Assembly (NCBI RefSeq): GCF_004010195.1
Contig: NC_057719.1
Location: forward strand, 62,808,085 to 62,872,084
DNA from: Chiloscyllium plagiosum
Lineage: Eukaryota
Length of the DNA stretch: 64,000 nucleotides
Direction of reading: 5' to 3'
The notes below the pieces were generated by a model. That model did no database searches, was not told the origin of the DNA, and was given only the letters and a program-made list of their open reading frames with translations. Each line of letters starts with the position of its first letter. The first letter of the stretch is position 1. Of this stretch, positions 53,374 through 64,000 are shown piece by piece. The position numbers and the translations under genes are program-made.

Positions 53374-54469
53374 CATCCTGCAACTTCACAACATAAGTAA
53401 AATATATAAACAAGTTTAATATCTCTGCAGTCTTCATTTATACACCAAAATAAATATGCAAGGATGAACAGCATACTCAATAACCAAAGCCTGTTTCTTT
53501 ATTAAAAAGCAACTTAAGTGCGTTTGAAAGTCTCACAATATGACATAATCCAGTTGAAATCCATAATTACTGAATAGTTGAGAGAGATTTCAGGGAAAAT
53601 ATTATCAGATTGTTCAGGAGTTATTGACTGTGCCCATCCTTTCAACATTATATGTAAACATATAAAATTGCAGTCATGCACTTAGTATAGATAGCTTCAG
53701 TTGCTCAAGTCCGCAACCGACATTAAGCTTAGCAGGTGGCTCATACGCAACCGACAAAACCCAAAGGCGTAATAATTATTTCACAATAGTTGAAGTTAAC
53801 CAACACTGAAATTGGCCTTTTTGCTAAGCGATCTCTAGGTACAAGAACTATCATTAGCACCTGAACGTAGTGCTGCACAGAAATAACTTCAAGCCGCTAA
53901 TACACATCCAGTGATTGTGGTTTAATGGCACAAAGGCTTTGAAAGCTACATACTGAAAGCCACACATTAATGCTATCATTTTATACCTGAGGCCAAGTCA
54001 TGTAGAGTAAAAATGGAATGGCAAGAATCTGATGAAATTACGGTACAGAATAATAAAAATTGAACTTTGAATAGCTCCTTACAAGTGGTGTACTACATGT
54101 ATCAGAATTAATGATTTTCTCTCCCCTTTAACTTTTCATGTAGAGATTATCATTCCTGACCACAAGCTTGAGTCTGATTATTTTCTGCAGTGAACATAAA
54201 TTGGAAATATGTTGGCTCCTAGGAAATTGCAAAGTGGTTTGATGGGTGTATTCACTTGCTGTGGCACTGAGATTGAGAATTTGAGTTTGCACCCACAATT
54301 CTGCAGCCTGCATGAGTCCTGGCCAGAGCAGAGACTAGAATATATTATTCTAGAAAGTAAACTTTAGCACTGGGATTCAAAATAAGCAATCGTCTAACAA
54401 AGCCCTCCAGTTGGCTAAATGGCAGTCCGAGTGCAGGCTGGTGAAACATAAAGCTGTTTAATGTTATAT

Positions 54470-54662
54470 GTGGAGATAGTGACGACTACAGATGCTGGAG
54501 AGTCAGAGTCGATGAAGTGTGGCACTAGAAAAGGCACAGCAGGTCAAGCAATATCTGAGGAGCAAGCAAGAAAATGTTTCAGGTATAACTAAATGATTAT
54601 CCTGATGAAAGATTATGCCTGAAAAGTCAACTCTTTTGCTCCTCGGACGCTGCCTGACTGAC
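54470..54662. mobile_element. Older fold-back Penelope remnant with decayed hammerhead
   Basis: Same terminus family as 53218; CTGATGA-aagattatgcct-GAAAAGTC at ~54602-54628; flanked on both sides by taatgtta. Confidence 0.68.
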
Positions 54663-55056
54663 TAATGTTAGAGATGATTCTGCAATTACACAACACCTAC
54701 TGAACAATCCTGAATGTATTAATAGCTACTCTAACAACCAATTTCAGCTAATCAGTCAAGTTTGTAGCATAGTTAATATATATACTTGCTAGACTTAAAA
54801 TACATTCAAATGCAGGGACTACATTCACTGGGGAAAAAAAATAAATCTATTCAAACCTTGTGCCTTCTTTAGAGTTACCTAGGAATTTAAGCTGTATGTT
54901 GCTGCCTATAGCTTTTTCCATAACAGTGTCCCAGCCAACCAATCGGCATGCTTTCTTCTGTAGTATATGTTGTCATTAACTTTTGAAATGTGCTCATTTT
55001 GCATTTATCTTGATGAGTATATGACAAAAAGGTTCATCAATATGTCTTTCTTTTCA

Positions 55057-57830
55057 GGAGAAAGCTCAACAGAGAAGCAGTGGCAGACATTTGAAAGGAT
55101 ATTTCAGAATACGCAGCATAGATATATTTCTACCACAATGAAAAATTCTAAAGAGAGAACCCAACATCTGTTGTTCACGAAAGAAGTTAAGGAAAGCATC
55201 CAATTTAGGAAAAAGCCAATAATTGCTGCAAGATGAGTGACAGGTCAGATGATTGGACAGAATATGAAGGATGGCAAAGATTGACTAAAAGATTAATCAG
55301 CGAAAAGAAATTTGAGTTTGAGAGAAAGGTATCAAGAAATGTAAAAACACTAACAATGCTTGTACTTAAAAAGGAAAAGAATGAATAAAGTGAGTGTTAA
55401 TCCTCATAGTGAAATTGGGCAGTTTAGTAAATAATAAAGAGATAACAGAAGAAATGAACAAATATTTTGCTTCTGTCTACACCGTAGAATTAAAAAACAG
55501 CATTCCAGTAATATCTGTAAATCAGGAGGTGGAAGTGACAAAGGAACTTAGTGAAATTACAATCACTGGGGAGGCAGTACTGACAAAACTGATGGAGTTG
55601 TGGGCTGGTACCTTTTTTGGTCATGATCAGTTTCCTTCTAAGATCTTAAAAGAGGCGGCTAATGAGATAAGTAGATGCATTGTTCTTTTTTTTTCTCCAA
55701 AAATTGCTGGATTTTTGCATGTTACCACTCAGTTGGAAAGTTGCAAATATAATGAGTCTATTCAAAGAAAGAGACAGAAACCAGAGAACTCGGCCAGGTA
55801 ATTTGATGTCTGTTCTTAGAAGGAGATTGCAGCTGGATACTTAGATTAAATTAAAGTAATTGGGAAGAGTCAGTATAGTTTTGTGAAAGGGAAATCATAT
55901 TGAACTAATCGAGTGGATTTATTTGCAAGGGCAGGTCAACAGGGTAATGAAGAAGGCTTTTAGCTTTTTGCCTTTATTGGCCAGTGCATTGAGTGTAGGA
56001 ATTAGGAAGTTTATTGTAGTTGTGCAGGACACTGATTAGGCCACTTTTGGAATATTGCATTCCCTGCTATAGGAAATATGTTGTGAATCTTGAAAGGGTT
56101 CAGAAAATATTTACAAGGATGTTGCCAGGGTTGGCGATTTGAGTAATAGGGAGAGGCCGAATGGGCTGGGGTTGTTTTCCCTGGAGTTGGCGATTGAGGA
56201 GTGACCTTACAGAGGTTTATAAAATCATGAGGGGCATGGATAGGGTAAATAACCAAGGTCTTTTCCCTGGCATGGAGGAGTCAAAAACTAGGTTTGAGGT
56301 AAGAAAGGAAAGATTTAAAAGGGACCTAAGGGGCAATATTTTCATGCAGAGGGTGGTGTGTTTATGTAATAAGCTGCCAGAGGAAGTGATGGAGGCTGGT
56401 ACAATTGGAAGGGTATGTGAATCAGAACGAGTTTAGAGGAATGTGGGCCAAATGCTGGCAAATGGGACTAGATTAATTTAGGATACCTGGGCAAAGGCTC
56501 TGTTTCTATGCTGTACACCCCTGTATTCTTAGATCATAGAATCCTTACCATGTGGAACTAGGCAATTTGGCCCATTGAGTCCACAACCAACCCTCTGAAG
56601 GGCTCTGCACCCAGGTCCAACTCCCTACTCTACCCCTGTGACCTGTATTTCCCATGGCTAATGCTGCTAGTCTGCACGACCCTGGACGCTATGAGCAATT
56701 TAGTGTGGCCAATCCGCCTAGCATGTACATCTTTGACTGTGGGAGGAAACCAGAGCACTTGGAGGAAACCAGTGCAGACATGGGGAGAACGTGCAAACTC
56801 CACACAGACAGGCACACAAGGGTGGAATCGAACCCAGTTTCATAGTGCTGTGAAGCAGCAGTGCGAACCACTGAGCCGGTGTAAGCTCTGGATAAAGAGG
56901 AGCCTTTTGTAATACCATAGTAGGATTTTCAGAAGGCATTTGGTAAAGTTCCACGTGGAAGTTTTTATGTAAAGTAGGAATTCATGGTGTAGGTGATAAC
57001 TTAGCAGTATGGATAGAGGACTAGATGGCAGGAAGCAGTAAATGCATATGCAGATCCTTTCCTGATTGCTAGGATGTGATGAGTCTAGCAGAGGTCTGTC
57101 CCCGTACTTTTTAGACTTCATGTCAATGACCTAAATGAAGGGAGAGAAATCACAATACCTAAATTTGCAGCTGACATAAAGACAGCGAAGTATTTTGTGA
57201 AGAAGACATAGGAGGATGCAGACAAATTTTATCATTGAGTGAATGGGAAAAAAAATCTGGCCGTTGGTATATAGTGTAAAAAATGAGAAATTTGACAAAA
57301 TAAAAGAGTTGTATATTACTTTAACAGTGAACAACATTATGCAGAGGGATCTCAGTGTTCTGGTCCAAGTCTCAAAATACTAGTCTGAAGGTATACCAAG
57401 TAATTAAGAAGGCAGTTGAAATGCTTTGCTTTATTACAAGAGGAATTGATCATAAAATCAAACATGTTGTGTGAGACCACATCTTAAATACTGTGGCAGT
57501 TTTGGTCTCCCTTTTTAAGGATATAATGTGTTGGCAGCATTTCAGAGGAGGTTAATCAGATTGATACCCATAATGAGCGGGTGGACTTGTTTGGAATGGA
57601 ATTTAGAAGAGTCTGGATTGGCTTGATGGGTCCAGAATTAGGAGATCCTATTTAAAAATTAATGATCACCCTTTTAGGTCTGAAATGAAACAATTTTTCA
57701 CTCCGGTTGTGAGACACCAGAATTTCCCAGCCTCAAAAAACCGCAGAGGTAAGGTAATTGAATATTTTTAATGTAGATGCGGATGGAATTTTGACACATG
57801 TAAGTATCAAAGATATTTGAGACAGCTGGC
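55057..57830 (+). mobile_element. Old CR1 LINE interrupted by a younger CR1 3' end (~55925-56530) and a SINE
   Basis: EEMNKYFASVYTVE (55394-55801). RT remnants resume at ~56900 (ggattttcagaaggcatttggtaaagttccac; aaatttgcagctgaca). The inner copy reads RLRSDLTEVYKIMRGMDRVN. Confidence 0.8.
56531..56878 (-). mobile_element. HE1-like SINE
   Basis: Similar over its full length to the other copies. Confidence 0.85.
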
Positions 57831-58299
57831 AATGTTCTTCTGACTATAGTTTCGACTGCTACTGCTGCTGTCAGCTGCTGCTCAGCATTACCCCAGTGTA
57901 CCTCCTGCATTCAAGATTCATGTTTTATCTGAATGCATAAATGGCATTATTTCACTTCAATGATTGGGACAGAAATCATTGTATCATGGATTAAACAGTG
58001 TCCCCTGCCTGGATGTGAAATTGGGCCAACGCATCAGTGCTTGAACAATCTGTAAAGCAAGCCATTTTTCTTGACAGCAAGCTACAGTTCAACTGCTGCA
58101 CGTGTTGCTCACACTGTCTTGCACTACCAGCAGAAGCAGTTTTCATGGATCACACAGAGCAGTATAATACTGCCTGAAAGCTGAGAAAATTCTTTATAAT
58201 TGTTCATACAACGCTAGATATTGTTTGAATTTAATAACTTCCATTGGATTGGAAAATCTGCAGGTACTTCAAACTTGAATGTTGTCAGAAATGGAATTT

Positions 58300-58637
58300 T
58301 ATCATAGAATCATAGAATGGAAACAGAGTCCCTTTTGTGCAGATAGAGACCATTTTGCTCATCGAGTCTGCATCAACCCTCTGAAGAGCATCAGCCCCTA
58401 TCCCTATACCCTACATTTACCACGGCTAATCCACCTCGCCAGCATCTCCCTGGCCACTAAAAAGGCTTTTTTTTTTAGATGATCAATCCACATGACCTGC
58501 ACGTTTTTGGACTATGGGAGGGAATCCATGCAGACCCGGAGAATGTGTAACTCCATACAGACAGTCACCCAAGGTTGGAATCGAACACAGGTTCTTGATA
58601 CTGTGAGGCAGCTGTGCTAACCACTGTGTCATGCCAC
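58300..58637 (-). mobile_element. HE1-like SINE
   Basis: atcatagaatcatagaat tail (reversed), core and tRNA head. Confidence 0.82.
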
Positions 58638-60619
58638 ATGATTCTGTCCTGTGGCAGCACTGACATTCATGACTAAGACATAACTTGTTACCAAGTTTTC
58701 AAAATGGCAATAACTTAACTTTCGCACAGTCCAAACACACAAATGATGCAATACAGAAACTGAAGACAAGGCAAGGAAGGGAATCCTGCACTCTGACTCC
58801 TTCTAAGACATCCTGGAAGGTCATAAGAGAGTGTGGGACAGGTGTGGGGGTCAGAGCTTGCCATGGGCAGACAGAGATGAGATAAAGAGACATATACTTC
58901 TTAGTCAACAAGTATTCAGTAAATGTGTCTATTTTAAGAATATGTTCTCCTATTAATTATCAACAAACCTAATAACTCCACAAATACCATGAGTTATTTT
59001 TTAAAGCAGGTTTAATAGAAGCAAGTAACCTTCTTGAGGAAATTTTAGTGATAGACTTGCTCCTTCAAATCAGGTTGACAACTCAACCACAGAGTTAACA
59101 CTTGAAGTGGATGAATGGAAGTAGGGTTAGAAGTGTAAAACAAGTTGTCTTCCCACCCAATCTAAGCCACCTGAATTTGGGATTAAAATTAGCTACATTA
59201 AAAATTCTAAATAAATAAGATGATGTGACAATCTTGCACATTTGTGTATACTACTGCAATGTAGCACAGTTGATTTAGTTAAAACATTCTTGCAGAAAGT
59301 AGATACTATCTCAGCAGAAGTAGAGATTTGTAAAGGGGCAGGTTGGGTGATAGAAATGACAAGACAACAAGTGAGGACCATAAAAGTGAATGGAATGGAC
59401 ACAATGAGGTGGAAGTGTTGAGCAGCTCTTGCTCACTAGGCTATAGGCTAAGTACTGGAAAATGGAATTAGTATACTTAGATAGTTGCTTTTGACCAGCA
59501 GAGATCTGATGGTCTGAAAGGCTGGAGATCTCCCTGATTCTCTGACTGCTGCTTTCCTGAAGTTAGACATTTTCCTTAAAGTGGTACGTACCTTGCCACA
59601 TTTCAAAAAGCCTCCCAATCCATTTGCTGTTCTCCCTCAAGAGAAAATCAGTTCTTTGCAATGTTTGATACACAGCTTCATCTTCTCAAGAGGCCATTTC
59701 ATAATTTTAGTGCAAACATTTTGTAGTAAAAATCTGAAAAGGTGGAAAGTAATTGCAATATACTTGCATTGAGTGACATGAGTGCACTGTGAGGTCATTA
59801 GACTTGGAAGCTCTTTTATTCCAGTTATCATATTTTAGTCATTTGGTGTGAGTAAATATTTTCCAAAGTGGTCTCCCCAATAAAGGGGTCACGACAAATC
59901 CACAAATAAATGATGGCATTTTTCTGAGAGTATTTCAGAGCCATTTATTTTTCTAACATATTCAAATGTCTGTTGATGGGAATTTTGACAAGTACAATTT
60001 TTTAAATCAAGTCTGCCCCATTTTTCTTAGCAAGTAAAAATTCTGCAGGTTCCATTGTTCAGAAAGATGCCAAGACCCAAATTGAAACACAAAATGCTGC
60101 TTTGATTTTCTTGCAGAGTGCTTTGTGCAATATAGGACATTTAAAAAAAAGTAATTACAGCTTGTACCCGAATCCAAGTGGATGGCCAAATTGCTGTTAC
60201 CTTTTAGCTGCTCTGAAACATATTGCGTGAGAGTTAGTTCTTGTTTTATAGTCATTGAACAAAGTGGGTTATGGTACAAAGAGAAATGCACACCATCTCA
60301 GAATCAAAGCTTTGCTGTTGCTTCATTGTGCTGTACTTGCAGTGCACAACATCAGCACAGATAAAAACTAAAGGTGGCTTTTCACCTTTGTTCTAATGGA
60401 ACTGCAAGATGCATGATTGGTTTTGGGAAGGAAGGGTATTCATTTTATCTTCATAACTATAGCTTGTTGGAAGATTGCACAAAACTGTCCAGTATTACAA
60501 ATTGAAAGGAAATGAAAATAATAATTTCTTTGGTTGGTGTTCGACTGTTAATGCCCTTGGTATACTCTGTTCATAAAACCTAGCCTGATCAGGATGGGAG
60601 ACAAACATGCAGTAATGTC

Positions 60620-60735
60620 TTAAAAAGCAGGAAAGCTGAAACAACATGTTTGAAATGCTCAGCAGGTGCAGAACCATCCACAGAGAGTGGAACAAAGTTC
60701 AAGTTTCGAGTTGGTAACTTATCATCAAAACTGAA
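60620..60735 (-). mobile_element. Old Penelope terminal remnant
   Basis: gaaatgctcagcagg..agtttcgag..tcatcaaaac resembles the other PLE termini. Confidence 0.4.
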
Positions 60736-60989
60736 AGGCTTTAGAAGTTTTAGCAGTTTTAATAAATGTTTGAGGGCTTGCCACATGGTATTTGAATTAG
60801 ATTGGGTTCAAATTGGATTTGTTTTGGATTGGATGGAAAGCAGAGGCAGTGAGGATTTGGGTTTGGTGTTTATGAATAATACAGGTAAAGGGAAACGGGA
60901 CTACACTTAAGGCATGGCACAAGAAACAACAAAAGTCTTCTTGCAAGAGACAGAGATGTCACTGGTTGTACTCAGGGAAATGTTTTGGC

Positions 60990-63900
60990 AGGTAAACTGG
61001 AGGTAGCATTGCTTGACAGAGTTAACCAAAAATTGGCAGAAATAATTGAGGTATGAGCACAGCACTTGGGTTTAGAGGAAATGTAATAAGGCCAAGTATT
61101 TTAAGTCATGAAATGTCTGGATTGGATAATGTTCTGTTACATTTGAAGTGGCTGGAGAAAGAAGAAATGCGAGATGGCAGAGAAAAGATTAGGAAAGGGA
61201 AATGTAATTTAACAAAAACAGGAAGTGGGATTGACAGAATTAGAAGTGTCAGAGAAAAATAAAGCGAGGCAGAGTGAATATCGGCTGAAAATGGTATGGT
61301 TGAAATAGGAGACATTAGTGCTGATGCAGGCTCTGGTTTGGAGGATCTGACTGCTAAAGTTGATGTTGAAAAGGAAATGTTTATGGGTTTCCATAGGCCC
61401 TACTAAACCTGATTAAAAGGACATGGAAGCATACTTCACATTATTTGCGAAAATAGCTGAGAAAATTAATTTGACGGAAGAGGATTGGACAGTACCCTTG
61501 CAGAGTAGATTTATAGATGAAGCACAGGAAATTTATGTTTCACTGTCAGAGGAGATTTCTCGAGAATTTCACACCAAATAAAACTACCTTGACTGTATAT
61601 GAATTAGATATAGGCACTTTGAAGGAACAGCCTGGGTGAACCCATATTGAATTTGCCAGCATCAAATAAAGTAATTTTGACAGGTTTGGTAAGAGCAGTT
61701 AAGGTAAAATCACAAATGAGGTCTTGGGTTACTCTCTCCGAGAAATTTTAAAAACTCACAACTTCCCATAATAAGAACTCAATGTTGAGGATAAAGGGTT
61801 GCAACTGCTAGGCAGACAACAATAATAGCAGCCAATTAAGAGTTAATCTGTAAAACTAAGCTTTTCTACTATCACACTCAAATTGGAAAGGGATAGAAAA
61901 GGAAAAGTGGAAGGAAGGCAAGTAAGCAACATAAGGAATGACTAACTGGAAATGCCTTGAGGTGGTCATGTCAGATCGGAAAGGAAAATACTGAGGATGG
62001 AGGTGAAAATCAGAACTCAAGGTGTTTCCACTTTAACAAGCTGAGACATCTTTGTTCAGAATACTGGAAGTTGAAAGGGGAACATGTAGAACTTTTAAGA
62101 ATTTGCAAGCATGAGCCTGAAAAGGACACTCAGAAGAAAAAGGTCGTCAATCAGATTGTAGCTTTAACTCCAACTCAGCGACTGAAGACAAATGCTGTTT
62201 CAAGTGTGAAAGAAATACACAAGGTCACTGAGAAGGGTTCCTGTCAAAGGCAGAATCTAATTTCATAACTGTTCTAAGAAATACAGGTGCTACTCAAACT
62301 TTCTTGCTGGAGAAGAATTTTGTTTTCCCTCCAGAAAGTTCAGTGAAAGCCCAAGTGTTGGCACATGGGATAAGTGGAGAGTCCATCCCAGTCCCATTGT
62401 TGTCTGGACTAATGGTAGTCAGGGTAGTTCAGAAGTTACCTCTGGATGGAGTCGAGTTACTTCTGGTCACGGCTTTGCCTATAATCACAGAAAGCCCAGT
62501 GAGGCTACACAGACAGAACAGCTGCAGGGGTAGGTTCTGGGTATTTTTCCATCATGTGTGGTGTCCAGGGCAATGGGGAAACAAAGTCCATCGCCAAATG
62601 TCGCATTAATACCACAAGCAGCTGTTCAAGTAGAATGAAGATTGTTCAAAAGAGATGGTTAGTATGTCGTCTTTAGTTGAGACTCTGATCCAGAGTTAAC
62701 AAAGTTAGCAAAGCCAGCTCACATTGAAGCTGAGTCTGAAAAGGTTCCAGAGTGCTATTTTTATCAAAAGCAGAGTTTTGATGAGGAAGTGGAGACATCT
62801 TCACAGACCTGCAGATGAAGAACGGATGGTTGTTCATCAAATAGTGCTATCGGCCAGATATCATACGGAAATATTGTGAGTAGCACATTAAGTTCCTACA
62901 GCAGCCATATAGGAATATGGAAAACACTGTCATCAATAAATAAGCACACAACCAAGATGCCATAAAGTTGTGCAGTTCCGTAACACACGTCAGAAATGTT
63001 AGATGCTAGGAAAACATCAATATGTAATCAGCCCAATACTTTAGATACCTGTATGAGTTTTTGAAGAACTATTTAATAGTGTGTTAGTGGATTGTGTTGG
63101 ACCATTACCAAAATGAAAGCAGGACATCAGTACAAATTATGGACGTGATGACCTGCTTCCCAGAGATTTTATTTAAAAATGATTTCTGTGAGGGTATGAA
63201 TGGTCGACTAAGGTGTCATCTGATATAAATTTCTAACTTAATGTCCAAAACTTTTCATCAGCAGTTTGGAAGTGAAACAATTGAAATGAACTGTGTGTTA
63301 ACCACAAACACAGAGAGCTTTGGAGAGTCCCATCAGATTCTGAAAACTATGGTTATGGCATCCTGTCACAAGATTAGACTTTATTGTTTGCAACCTGAGA
63401 TTCTCCAAATGAATTATGGGATTCAGCCAATTTGAAATGGTTTATGGCCATGAATTTAGATAAATGGATCAGAGAGAAATTCTTAAATGAGGATCAAGAA
63501 TTTACAATGCTGGATTATGTGTCCATGTTTCTAGAAAGACTCATAACAGCATGTAGGATAGCACAGGAACAACTGAAATTTCACAGCAAAAATGAAAGCA
63601 TGTTCAGGTAAACATTCAGCAATGAATGTGTTTCAGGTGGGAGATGAAATATTGGTATTGTTGCCTTTACCAAGGTGACTCTTTGTAAAAAGAAATGTTC
63701 AGTGGTTCAGATAAAATAGCTAGGAGGGTTAGTAAAGTAACCTATCTGATAAATAGTTCTAATCATAGAAAGAAGAATCAGTTACGCCACCTAAACATGC
63801 TGAAAAGATATTATCACAGGGAAGATGGTAAGGAGGAACAAGTGTGTCACATAATAAGAGTGGTGGAAAATGACTGAGATAATGAGAGTGAGGTAGAAGG

Positions 63901-64000
63901 AGAGGTAGACAGTTCTTAAAGTGAACTTCCTGCAATTCAACTCACTCGCGTGAAAATGTTAAACAGTCTTTTCATATTTAGGGAAAGGACAACAGGAAGA
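60990..64000 (+). mobile_element. Degraded Ty3/Gypsy (Gmr1-like) internal region: gag-protease-integrase, running off the window
   Basis: Hand-translated remnants: gag DMEAYFTLFAKIAEKINLTEEDW (~61420); protease VLRNTGATQTFLL (62271); integrase FEELFNSVLVDCVGPLPK (~63060), FEMVYGHE (~63431), FQVGDEILVLLP (~63631), HLNMLKRYY. Many stops and frameshifts. Confidence 0.85.

Overview
Vertebrate (not prokaryotic) genomic DNA. The repeat inventory (HE1-like tRNA-SINEs, CR1/HER1-like LINEs, Penelope-like elements) points to a cartilaginous fish, probably a shark; this is an inference. The only supportable host coding sequence is three consecutive internal + strand exons of FUT8 (alpha-1,6-fucosyltransferase): 35013-35259, 41011-41187 and 45480-45630. 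They have canonical AG/GT sites, compatible phases and an intact [11 protein letters not shown] motif. The flanking FUT8 exons were not seen, so the rest of the window is probably FUT8 intron. It is packed with decayed CR1, Rex1/Babar and L2-like LINEs, SINEs, a probable solo LTR and a degraded Gmr1-type Gypsy element. The most interesting structure is a set of about ten Penelope-like (PLE) insertions. Most are fold-backs with 9-16 bp target-site duplications (TSDs), several carry minimal hammerhead ribozyme motifs, and truncation points cluster at the ribozyme. There is also a perfect 64-bp spacerless palindrome at 36393-36456. PLE hammerheads are a known phenomenon, and I found no evidence of a wholly new gene system. 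Repeat boundaries without TSDs are approximate, and family names come from motif recognition, not database searches.
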